Shown here one piece after another: positions 1 through 11,946 of a stretch of DNA of 64,000 bases. The stretch is from Mobula hypostoma (lineage: Eukaryota): positions 52,082,001-52,146,000 of the forward strand of contig NC_086097.1 of NCBI RefSeq assembly GCF_963921235.1, read 5' to 3'. Under the pieces are notes generated by a model. The model saw only the letters and a program-made list of their open reading frames with translations, had not been told where the DNA came from and did not search any database. Position 1 is the first letter of the stretch, and each line of letters opens with the position of its first letter. A program made the position numbers and the translations under genes.

Positions 1-460
1 GTGATGCAGCCAGTTAACATACTCTCCAGTACACATCTGTCGAAGTTTGTCAAAGTTTTAAGATGTCATATCGAGTCTTTGCAAACTCCAAAGGAAGTAG
101 AGGCGCTGCCACGCTTTCTGCATAATAGCACGTCAGTGCTGGGCCCAGGACAAATCCTCAGAAATGATAACACAAAGGGGTTTAAAGTTGCGGATCCTCT
201 CCACCCCGATCCTCCACTGAGGACTGGCTCATGGACCTCCAGTTTCCTCCTGAACAATAATCAGCTCCTTGGCCTTGATGACATTGAGTAAGAGGTTGTG
301 GTTCTGGCACCTCTCGGCCAGATTTTCAATCTCACTTCTATATGCTGCTTCATCACCACTTTTGGTTCAGCCAGCAACAGTGATGTCATCAGCATTGGTG
401 CTGTGCTTAGCCACACAGTCATAATTGTAAAGTGAGTAGAGCAGGGGGCTGAGTAAGCAG
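1..460 (-). mobile_element. Rex1/Babar LINE ORF fragment (degraded)
   Basis: Reverse complement matches the Rex1 RT C-terminal segments at 18240-18620 and 59480-59930 (FRRKLEVHEPVL, ESMLTGCIT). Confidence 0.85.
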
Positions 461-571
461 TCTAAATTCATGTTGCTTTGCTCTTTGTTAATAATGAACT
501 AATACTGCAGACTTTGAATGTTTGCAAGAACATTATGAATGACAGATCGATGTAATATAAGTGAAACTTAC

Positions 572-1322
572 GGTCAAGATGGTGCCTGCGTACAAAGTTC
601 CTTTGGTCGACATCTTCTGGAGAGATCATGAAACCATATATTTCACTTCTTTTATGTCTTTTACATTTGTTTTTTCTGTCTTGAATGTGTTTCTGGAACT
701 GTTGGAGCATGTGATTTGCAGATTGGAGATTGTTTGGGTGTTTCAGCACTCTACAGTCTCAAAGGGGATTCCAGGAGGCAGAGGCAGCGTGCGGGAAACT
801 CGTGGCGAGAAGGCTGCAAACCGATGTTTGACTCCATTTCGCCAATTAAAGCTTCCGTTGTTCGCCAATTAAAGCGACGAGAGAGATTGAGACGTCAGTT
901 GCCTGCCCTTCTATCGCTGGGGGATCACTCTGCTGTCGGAGAGGGTAAACTGCCTTTTTAACGCTGCTGAAATCTCTCTTCTACAGAGAGGGGAGATTGC
1001 CTTTTTATTGCTGGTGAGATCGTTCTATTATGGAGAGGGAGAATGTTACCCAGGTTTTCTGCATTTTGAATGTAGGCTTGGACTGTGGACTTTTTTTCAA
1101 TCTTAAGGTTTTGTTGTATTCTGTGTTTTTTGCCCAATATTTCAATTTTTATGTGTGGGGGAGGGGGATTTGGGGGTTGGTGTGCCTGTTCCATTTTTGT
1201 TCATTTTGGGTTTGATGATTGTGCTGCTATTCTTCTCTTTCTTGGTTTTGTGACTATCTGGAGAAGAAAAATTTCAGAGTTGTATTCTTTGATCATAACT
1301 GAACCTTTGAACCATTGAACCT
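572..1322 (+). mobile_element. Non-autonomous bipartite retroelement (LINE-like 5' head plus Rex1-type 3' tail)
   Basis: Begins ggtcaagatggtgcc and ends in a ttgaacc-repeat tail. Homologous to 47458-48045 on the opposite strand. Confidence 0.65.
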
Positions 1323-2099
1323 TTCAGTAAATCTTCCATTTTTCTATCATCAGTCATGGAACATATCATCTATGGAAATATCACCCATCTTTATTGAACC
1401 TGGAAGTCTCCTATATTTCTTTCATCCCCATATCCCTTTTCTGTCTGGTAGCAATGAACTGGCTCTTTAATTATGGTTCTTCAGTCTTTTGCATCTTATC
1501 CTAGGGTGTCATCCTGGTGCTCTGTGATTTTTATTTTTGGCTTTTAAACAAATTTATAAAGAATTCCCTTAAGTGCACAATCATTTCATATGAAGCAAAT
1601 TTATTGGTGCTTTTTAAAAATCCCATTCTATGCCTTTACAAACTGACCCAAGAAATTATTGATGAGTTTTAATGAGAAACTTGTAGTGAACCATCCTGTT
1701 AAGTATAAATGCAGAAGGGAAATGGTCTAAATGGGGTTGACTTCGAGCTGCAGTAGATCCCTTTGCTCCATGGCACTCTTGAGTCTCTTTAACATTGGGA
1801 GATGTGGTTAATTCCAGGCCATGTTCTCTGGGTTATGTGACCCTTACTAGTATGTGAGAATCTGTCCAGGGGGGAAATCTGAAGTCAAATGCTGTCTGCC
1901 TGAAAGGCTGTAAATGTACTTGGAGACTGTGCAGGGGAGACTAGAATTCAATAATGCTGTACTTTGAAAAACCAGAAAAGTAGGTTTTCCCACTTCAGTT
2001 GCCAAAATGTAATCTTGACTTTCTTCATTATACAAGAAGATTGATTGCCACTTTTCCCATCCCCCAATCTAAACTGTGCTCAAATTGCTCAAGGGAAAT

Positions 2100-3835
2100 C
2101 TGATTTACTTGGCTTCCCTTCTCCAACCTCCAGACAGGCCGAGGCTCCAGAGAGAAGTACAAGAAAGAGCTGGTCACTGGAGGCAGAGAAACAGCCACAG
2201 GATTGCTGAGAGACAGAGGACTTAGCCATGTTCAAGGTCTCATCAGGGGATCCGAATGTTCTCATAGATCCAAGTCTACTGAGATCCAATCTTGAAAAAA
2301 GTACCGCTGTACCATTGAGAGCATACTCACCAAATGCATCTCAGTGTGGCTTAGAGACAGAGGACTTAGCCATGTTCGAGGTCTCAGAGGATCCGAATGT
2401 TCTCATAGATTTTATAAGAACTGTTGTAGACAAGTGTGTCTCCAGAAAATCTTCCCCAACCAGAAGCCCTGGACGAACCATGAGATCCAAGTCTACTGAG
2501 GAGCAGATCTGTGGCAATCGGGTCCGGCAACCAAGTAAGATACAAGAGATCCAGGTACAATCTTCGGAAAGCCACCCCATGTACAATGTGACAATTCTGG
2601 ACCAGACTTGAATCACTAAAGGACGCTTGGCAACTGTGGCAGGGCTTGAATGCTTTTACCTCCTTCAAAGTGAAACCATGGAACATTGGAGACAAAATAG
2701 CTTCACTCCAAGATTAACTCAGTTCCCTTTATGTTCGTTCTGACCTTCAAATCATGGAGGAAACCATCACAAACTCTCACAGCCCCTGATGGCCCTATGA
2801 TTTCAGTCTCTGAGGCTAACATGAGAGCATCCTTCAGGAGAATGAATCCATGGAAATCATCTGGCCCAGATGGGGTACCTAGCCAAGTACTAAAGACCTG
2901 TGTTGATCAACTGGCTGGTGTGTTCACCAATGTCTTTAACCTATTGCTTCAGCAGTCTGAGGTAGACACCTGCATCAAAGAGGCTTCGATTATACCAGTG
3001 CTTAAGAAGAATGTGGTAACCTGTTCAATGACTATCATCCAGTAGCACTTACATCCACAGTGATGAGGTGCTCTGAGAGGTTGGTGATGAAACGTATCAA
3101 CTTGGATCCACTCCGATTTGCCTACCATTGCAACAGATCCACAGCAGGTGCCACTTCACTGGTTCGCCACTCAATCCTGCAACATAGGGACAGTGAAGGT
3201 GCATACATTAGGATGCTCTTTATTGACTGCAGCTCGGTATTTAATACTCAAAACTAATCAATAAGCTTCAAATCCTTGGTCTGAATACCGCCTTATGCAA
3301 TTGGTTCCTCAATTTCCTCACTTGCAGATCGCAGTCAGTTTGGATTGGTAATAACATCCCCTCCACAATTTCCATCAGCACAGGTGCACCACAACGCTAT
3401 GTGCTTAGCCCCCTGCCCTACTTGCTTTATACTTATGACTGTGAGGCTAAGCATAGCACCAATCCCATATTTAAGTTTGCAGATGTCATCACTGTTATTA
3501 GGGATGAATCAGCATATAGGAAGGAAATTGAAAATCCAGCTTAATGGTGCCAGACTGCAATCTCCCCACCATTGAGCACATTTACACAGACCCAACTCCC
3601 CACCACCCAGGCCATGCTGCTGCCATCAAGAAGAAGGTACAGAGCCTCAGGATGCACACCACCATGTTCAGGAACAGTTACTACCCCTCAGCCATCAGGC
3701 TTTTGAACCAGAGGGGACAACTTCACTCACCCCATCACTGAACTGTTCCACCACATACTGAGCCCACCACAAACTATGGATTCACTCTCAAGGACTCTTT
3801 ATCTCATGTTGCTGATATTGAATCCTTATTATTAT
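2100..3835 (+). mobile_element. Rex1/Babar LINE, degraded and internally deleted; its 3' UTR is interrupted at ~3835
   Basis: RT-region motifs [61 protein letters not shown] in shifted frames. Confidence 0.9.
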
Positions 3836-3837
3836 TA

Positions 3838-4306
3838 TAAAAAGTTAAAAACATCTTTTCTCAGCTCAAGCTGGTAAACCCTGAGGTACAGGCATAGCCA
3901 AGCAAGGCTCATTTGTCAATTGCTAGGAACTTTCGGATTATTCTAGTGGTGTTTAGTATTGTGGCTTTCTGAAGATTTACATAGATATTGCTGTGCAGGC
4001 CTAATTGTTTAATGCTACTGTTTAGTGACTTTGGGATGATACCAGTTGTAGAGATCACTATCGGGACAATGTATACTCTGTTCATGTTCCATAGTCTTTC
4101 AATTTCCTCTTTTAATTCAGCAAATTTCTTGAGCTTTTCACTTATTGATTTCTGTAAATTATGTGTGTTTGGAATGGCTATATTTATTAGGTAAGTTGTT
4201 CTTGCTTGTTTATCCTCTAATTTTATTATATCTGGTCTGTTATTATGGGTTATCCTATCTGTAATAATGGTTTGGTCATAATATAATTTGTGGTATTCTG
4301 ACTCTA
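3838..4306 (-). mobile_element. R4-clade (Dong/Rex6-like) non-LTR retrotransposon, 5'-truncated: RLE domain plus 3' UTR
   Basis: KLYYDQTIITDRITHNNRPDII...TYLINIAIPNTHN...EKLKKFAEL...IVPIVISTTG is a PD-(D/E)xK restriction-like endonuclease of R4-type elements. Stop at 3909, short 3' UTR, then (TAA)n. Confidence 0.85.
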
Positions 4307-4502
4307 AATTATTGTTATTCCTTTTGTGTTTGCATAATTCATTGCCCCTTACACATTGGTTGTTTGTCCATCTTGTTGGGCATGGTCTCTCATTGATTCT
4401 GTTGTGTTTCTTGGATTTACTGTGTATGCCCGCAGGAAAACGAATCTCAGGGTGACATATATGTACTTTGATAATAAATTTACTTTGAACTTGAACTTTG
4501 AA
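4307..4502 (+). mobile_element. Remainder of the Rex1 3' UTR with terminal (ttgaac)n tail
   Basis: gaatctcagggtgacatatatgtactttgataataaatttactttgaacttgaac; the same tail occurs at ~51230-51290, 53295-53367 and 60425-60484. Confidence 0.85.
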
Positions 4503-4739
4503 TGGAAACGCCAGCATAGCTTCCAGGCCCTGTGATCAGCTCTTTGAGAAGTATTCATATTCTAGCCGCAGGGTGTAACATATAGAACTATGTCTGCATG
4601 CAACATGTTAGCAGATGGGGCCATGAGGGTTCAAAATATGGTGATTCGTGACGGAACATTGGAAGAGATATTAGCTGATTTGTAAAACCAGAACAAAAGA
4701 ACCTTCTTATTTAAAACAAGTTTGACTACAGAAACGTTG

Positions 4740-5378
4740 CTAATTCAGCGCCACTGATGTGGATTAACGAAACAAAGACAGGGTGACTATAGGTGATTGT
4801 TGAAAAGGTTACAATGCGCGGGGTAAAGGGCGCACAGTGATTTGTAAAGTCGTCACATTTTTAAAAACGGGCGGCGTGCTGGCCGGATTTCAGCGAACTG
4901 CTCACTCATGTATGTGTATACATGAAAGCTGTAGCACACGAAGCCAGACAGGAGCTGGCATGTTAGAGAGTGGAGCAAACCATCCGAGTAATCAACAGAG
5001 GGGGATTGCAACACACGCAGCGCTAAAAATGCTCCGATGAGTTCCAGCTGTAGAATTTCTGTAGGACTCCGACGTGGGCTCAGGAAGAGAAAGAGCACGA
5101 TAGAACCAACCTCGGCAGCCTCCACCGAGCGCACAAACACTGCTGAAAAGACGTATGCCGGCAGTTGTACCCTTTCATGTTTCCCAGCACATGTGGGAAT
5201 TCAGCCGACAACCATATGTAGTTTTGTGTCTGCCGGAGCAGCGGAGATGTGGCAGTGAAGTTTGTCTCAGCTACAGTAACTCTTCCCCACTTCAGTGAAT
5301 CTTCAGCGGACATTTCGCTTGGATTTGTGGCTGCTGGAGGCAACTTCCTTCGTGGCATCTAGTGGAGGACTTCCAGCG
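4740..5378 (+). promoter_or_regulatory. CpG-enriched, repeat-free region: candidate FRMD6 promoter and non-coding first exon
   Basis: Local CpG enrichment in a CpG-poor window, no repeat signature, and a donor CCAGCG|gtaaga at 5378/5379 on the FRMD6 strand. The link to FRMD6 is inference. Confidence 0.55.
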
Positions 5379-8134
5379 GTAAGAAAGCGCTGGCTCTACT
5401 TAACCATCTTTCAAAAAAAACGTTTGTCTTGTTTTCCAATGGTGGGGGGGGGGTGGATTTAGAAATTTGCTTCTAAGTCCGTACCGTGGCACTTCGAAGT
5501 ATACATATTAGAGTAAGAATGAAGTTACTTAATTTTTATTCAAATATACGTGTGAAACTTATTTGTAAACTATTTACTTTCACGATATTTATAGAATCTT
5601 TTTTAATCCTAGGTGTTATTACATAAATCGTATTATGTTGGGGAATGTTTGAAGCAAACCCCCTCTGTAGCTGCTCACAGGGGGGGGGGAAACTGTCATT
5701 CCTGTGGTTTTGACTGGCTCTCGTCAGTTCCTAAAAGACCCTATGGGACAGTTACACGATCCTTTAAGATCCCCGGTAAATGTATCCGGTTGTCGTTTAT
5801 CTGTAAGATTTACGTTGTCTGAAACATTTTGCCTTCCATCTTTCTTCTATAAGCTTTTAAGATTTTGGAGGCGATTACATTTGCTTCTCTTCAGTGCCGC
5901 AGGGTACAATTTATACGATTAGTCACTTCTGCTGAGGGACTGCATGTGGCTTAATTTTTAAAGAATGCGAGTCATTTCCTTTCTGAGATTTCTGTGAGTT
6001 GACTTCTCGGATGGGATCGGTGAATGTTGCTGAGGATGTTTTTACAGGTTGTAAGTCCTCGCTAAACCTTATTTTATTCAAAGCATTGCATGTTCACCCC
6101 GGTGCTAAGACATTGCGAACTACTCTGTCAGTTGTTTAAGGACGATAAAATAATTAATAGTGTTTGGGGTGGAGGCACCCTTGTTGAGCGTGAGTCAATG
6201 AGCACAACGGGCGTCCAGCCCACTTTTCCCTGAATTTCTGTACAATATTTAAATTACTCTGTATGATCCTATTGGACCCCGTAAATAAAAGTAAAATGTT
6301 GTAATGTTTGTTGCGAAACATTCAAGCATCCAATAGAATGTTCCCGCAGTTTTGAATAGACTATTCCACTGAGCATTGTAGTGAAGGCGGTGGGTATGTT
6401 GTGGCCATTCCAATTATTTTCACATGACTTTTGCTTCACTATTCCAACAAGAACAAAAAGCTCAGGGGCTTTTGATTGTTCGCTGGGGCTTCTTTAATTT
6501 GCCTATTAAGCGAATACTGGAATCCAAGTACGATTCCCTGTGATCGTGGACATACACGGAAGGGCACAGGAAATATCGCTTTTTGGTGTATCTGCAGTTT
6601 TGCAGAAGTCAATTAAAGCTGACTTTAATTGCACCCAGTGTTACTCCAGGGAGTAACTGCTGCTTTTCGAAAACAATGCAACATGGGGAGTGGAGAGGGG
6701 CGGGGAGGCAAGCTAAGCCAGTTCCTTAAAAAATACCCTGTATTAAGATGTCTTGACACTGGGAGTTTATTTTGATCATGAGTGACACATCCATGAAGGA
6801 AAGGTTGAAACTATCTTTGAAATGTGTTCTTTTTCGGAATGGAGACTATGGGTACTGACAGGCTCGGTGTAACTGACTAAGCCTGGAATTTCTGAAGCCG
6901 TATGGTAAAAATAAAATGCAATGAATAAAAACACATTGACAAAATATGTGGATAGAGGAAACCACTGAAAACAGGGGCCTCAAGTGAGGCCTGCTTCCCA
7001 TATGGTAATATCTTGCTGCAGTCAAATGGTTCTTATTTACATTGATAAATTAATTCACTTTGATTTATTTTTAAAATAGAAGCTTATTCGAATCATTAAG
7101 CCTCTGTTTCCCTGATGGCTTGTACCTGGGAGGTGCCACTCCAGTAAACAGATGATGTTGTCAACAGCTGTTATGTTAGGATTTGCCTTTCTTACTCTAA
7201 GCATACTTGGACATAGTTTTAAAAATTTGGCTTGTTTAGCCAGCTGGAATGTGATTCACACAGTAAACTAAAATTGACTACACCATTATAATCAATATTC
7301 AGCTCTAACATTTTTCAATTGATTTGAAGTCTTTCAACATTTTATATCTCTTGGTGAAAGTGATAATGGTCCAAGCTTGTAAAACTTCTGGGTGAGTTCA
7401 CACTGTCACTTTTGTGGAACGTGCCTTTAAGTCTTACAAAAAAAAATCTTGAATGTTTGAAAGTAAAGAGTGACTAGTGACTCCGAGGGATCCTGATTTG
7501 AAACTATTAAAAACCCTTGTGTTCAGTTTCCATTGCACCAGCCTTCCTGATAAGTTGCCGATTACTTTGCCAAATGATAGCTTAACAGTTTGTGATAGCT
7601 TTCATATCATGTGGTTCATCAGCGCAAATTTTAGGTACAGTCAGACTTGGGGTTCATTGAAATACTGCTGGCTGAACCCATTACTGTCAAAATCCATAAT
7701 TCTGCTAGAAACTGTTTGGACTAAATGGTTGAATAATTATCTACTCAAAATTATTTAACTTACATTTATTAAAATATTGTATGCATACAGGTGGTGATAT
7801 TTCTGAAGGTTGACCATAAGCTGAAGAATATTTTGAATGATTTAGGTCTGTCTTTGCTTTTTTAAATTTTACTGATAAAACTTGTATTTGCATAGCATCT
7901 CTAATACAATCTAAAGTCTGAAAATGTAACTGAGGAGCATTAGGAACTAACAAGGACAGCATCCCAGGTGTTCTACATTGTATCATGGCGAGAGCTAAGC
8001 TTTAAAGATCTTTTAGATAGAGAAATGACAGTGAGTCAATGAGGAATACAAAGAGTTCCAGAAATTTGGTTTGTGACATCTGGCAGCCTGGCTTCCAATG
8101 GATTCCTTTCTCTCATTTATAGATTTAGACAGTC

Positions 8135-8445
8135 ATGCAGTGACACAGCAAGTAGAACTTCAGCCTCACACATCAGTTAATTCTGATCAAGGGTGCTGAC
8201 TATGTAGACTTTGCTCATTCTCTCTGTGACTCCTTGGGTTTCTTCCGGGCTTTCCAAGTTCTTCCCAGATCCCCAAAACTTACGGGTTGGAGGGTTTGAT
8301 GGCCTTGAGTGTACAGGTGAGTGAGTGAATCTGGTAAGTGGATAACATTGTGGGGAAAATAAAATAGGGTTAGTGTAGGATTACTGTAAATGGGGAGTTG
8401 ATAGTTGGTGATAGGTTGACAGATCTATTTCTAAGCTATATGCCT
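8135..8445 (+). mobile_element. V-SINE (HE1-like), degraded
   Basis: V-domain-like core tttgctcattctctctgtgactccttgggtttcttccgggctttccaagttcttcccag. Confidence 0.7.
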
Positions 8446-8959
8446 TTATGACAAGTTACATGTATCATACTTGTAAGTAAAATCTTGATATTAGTAAATT
8501 TGCCTATTCAATCATAACTTGTACGGGAACAATTTTCCCTAACTCAACCATCTTTGTGAATTAAGGGAGACCTAATAAATATCATCAAATTTTAGAAGAG
8601 TTTTGAGAATGTAAGTTCTTTGATAAAGCTAAGGATTATCAGCAGAAGAGAAAAAAGGGAAATGTGAAGCTTTTTTTCTTACAGTAGGTGGTTAGAGTGT
8701 GTAATGTTTAACTCAAGGAGACTAGTAATGCAAAGAACATATGGAGCTAAAAAGGAAATGAAACTTTATGAAAGTGAAGAACATATAAAGATTTGGAAAG
8801 AGAATGGGATATTGCCCTTGTTGAATTGTCGGAGGCACTATGGACTTGTCAATGTATCCCTGTGATATTTTATGATTTTTTTTCAGTAGCACCACCATTC
8901 TGAGATCACCTATCGATTCAGAGGTTCAGAGAAAGTTATTGGAAGGTATTCTAAGAGGC

Positions 8960-9810
8960 TAGATCAGCAAATTTGCAGATGACACCAAGGTTGGGGAGCA
9001 AAGTGAACAGTGAGGAAGACTAGCAAAGCTTGTAGCAGTATCAGGACCAGCTGGAAACATGGGCTGAAAAATGGCAAATAGAATTTAATGCAGACAAGTG
9101 TGAGGTGTTACATTTCAGTAGGACCTTACACAGTGGATGATAGAGCACTGAGGAGTACAGCAGAACAAAGGGATCTGGGAATAAAGGCCCATAATTCATT
9201 GAAAGTAGTGTCACAGATAGGTAGAGTCATTAAGAGAGTTTTTGGCACATTGGCCTTCACAGATGAAAGATTTGAATACAGGTGTTGGAATGCTATGTTG
9301 AAGTTATATATGGCATTGGTGAGGCCTAATTTGGAGTATTATGTGTAGTTTTGGTCACGTATCTGCAGGAAAGATGTAAATATGATTGAAAGAGTACAGA
9401 GAAAATTTATAAGGATGAGGACCTGATTTATAAGGAAAGATTGAATAGGTTAGGACTTTGTTCCCTAGAACATAGAAGGAGGAGGAGAGATTTGATAGAG
9501 GTATACAAAATTATTAGGGTTATAGAGAAGGTAAACACAAGCAGTGTTTTCTCATTGAGGCTGGGTCAGACTCCCACTAGAAGTCTGACAGGTAACTGTT
9601 TTAGAGGAACAGATGGGGAAGCTTTTCACTGAAGGGTAGTAACAGCTGCCAGCACAAGTGGTGGATGTGACATTGATTTCCAACATTTAAAAGAAGTTTG
9701 GATTGGTACATGGTTGGGAGGGGTCTGTGGGCAGGTCGACGGGACTAAACAGTTTAAATAGTTCAGCGTGAACTGAGGGCGTGTTTCTGTGCTGTAGTTT
9801 TCTATGATTC
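8960..9810 (+). mobile_element. CR1 LINE 3' fragment
   Basis: KFADDTK, KLYMALVRPNLEY, RRDLIEVYKI motifs and a ttctatgattc tail. Confidence 0.9.
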
Positions 9811-9904
9811 CAGTTTGTGTCAATTCTAGACCGACACTTCATTGAGGTGCTAAATTAATGGCTTGTCGGCTTTCTCAGGTGGAAATTTTTTTTGTCTTGA
9901 CAGA

Positions 9905-10845
9905 ATGTAGAACATAGAACAGTACAGGCTCTTTGGCCCATGATGTAGTGTTGACCCTTTGATCTGGTACAAGATCAATCAGACAAACAGATATTCTTTG
10001 GTATTGGCTATTGCCACCCTGAGATAAAAATGGGGTGGCTATCTACTTTGTCTACGCCTTTTATTCTGTCACCTCTATGAAGTCACCTCTCACCCTCCTT
10101 CATTTCAAAGCCTTAGCTTGCTCAACCTTTCCTCACTCAACCTTTCATCACTAGACATGCTCTTGTAATTCAGGAATCATCCTGTTAAATCTCCAAGTGT
10201 GAACAAAACACCATTCTCGAAGTGTGGTCTAACCAGAGTTTTTATAGAGCTACAACATTACCCTGGCTCTTGAACTCAATCCTCTGACTTATAAAGGCCA
10301 ACACACCATTTGCCTTTTGAACTACCCTATGACTTGCGTGGCAACTTTGAGGGATCTCTGGATTTGGACCCCAAGATCCATCTGTTCCTCCACACTACTA
10401 AGAATCCTGACATTAACCCTGTACTCTGCCTTCAAGGTTGACCTTCCAAAAGAGTATTATTATCCAGTTTTCCAGATTGAACTCCATGTGCCATTTCTCT
10501 GAACAAGTCTACATCCTATCTTGTAACTATGGCAACCTTCTACACCCTCAACAATGCCATCAATCTTTGTGTCATCTGCAGATTTACTAACTCACCCTTC
10601 CGCTTCCTCATCCAGGTAATTTATAAAAATCATGAAGAGCAGGAGACCCAGAACAAATTGCTGTGGAACACTGCTTGTCACTGTCCTCCAGGCAGAATAT
10701 GCTTCACCTACTACCACCTCTGTCTTCTATTGGCGAGCTAAATCTGAATCTATGCAGCCAAATCATTCCTGCTGACTTACTGAATGAGCTAACCATGTTG
10801 AACACCTGACTAAAATCCATATACACCACATCCACTGCTCTACCT
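9905..10845 (-). mobile_element. CR1 LINE 3' fragment
   Basis: tagaacatagaacagtacagg tail; antisense KSADDTK (tttgtgtcatctgcagattt) and LVRPHFE motifs. Confidence 0.85.
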
Positions 10846-11946
10846 TGAATAATTTAAGCATGAAATATAGTAAATGTATGAAATATCTACTTTTTGATTA
10901 TCTCTCTATGGAGTGCCAAGAAAATATTTTCTACCCGGGCTCTTGCTCCGCCCAGAAAGCATGCACTTTTTGCTGTATTCTAGAAAGATCCACTTTCATC
11001 CCAACTCCTCTACTTTTGGACCAGGGTTAAAGTTTCATGCAAATACCCATGTTTGACTCAAACTGCGCACGTTAGACCTAGTCGTAACATCGTGGAGCAG
11101 TGCAGCATAGAAATGGGGCTCAAGAAAGTAGCTCACCACCATCATCTCAAAGGCAGTTAGGGATGGGTATTTAATGCTGGGCCTTTGCCAGTGAATGTCC
11201 ATAATCCTATAATGAATAGAAAAAGCTTCTAAGTTCCATATTATTACTCAATTGCTAATGTGGGATTTGAAGTTGAGTCTCTCAATTATCAGTCCAAGTC
11301 TCTGGGTTATTAATTTGACATTGAGCACGTCACCAGCACCTTGCCTTTTCGCATAATTCCACTATTAATCAAGAATCAATATTACATTTCCATGTATTTT
11401 TTTCTCATGGCAGCTCAACTCAGTTTTTGAAGTTCAGCCTTCAATTAGGCGTCGCTCAAATTCCAGCTAACCAGAATGGATGAGAAATGAATATTTTGTA
11501 ACCAAAAGTGAAATCTGGTTAGTAGATTAATAATTTTAAAATAAAGTTTGGATAAGAATGCTTAATTTTCAAAATGGAAAGCAAATTGTGAAGAATTGAG
11601 GCTGGAGGGAGTAACTGAATCGTTGGTCTGAATGGGAAACGTATACAAGAGAGACAGAAAAAGTCAGTGAAGGAAAAGTCAAGTGTTTTGATAGCTGCTT
11701 TCCTATGCATAAATATGAAGTTGGATCAAAGCCGTATTTCAAATGATATTTTATGACTTGCAGGAACAAAATTAAAATAAAACACATGGGAAAGCTGGGC
11801 AAATTCCCACCAAATGATCAATCCACTCACCCATTTATCATTCATCTCGTTTACCTCTATCTATGGAAATTTGGCTTTTAATATGTGCACCTTTTTCCCT
11901 TATTGGACTATATTTGATTGTATCCTTTTCATCTCCCTTGTGCATA

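Noticed and set aside
3909..4517. 202-aa ORF as a novel nuclease gene
   Set aside because: Chimeric: the N-terminal ~70 aa is antisense Rex1 3' UTR read through into a truncated R4 RLE fragment.
4837..5358. Short ORFs in the CpG-rich region as protein-coding exons
   Set aside because: No recognisable protein similarity; consistent with chance ORFs in promoter/UTR DNA.
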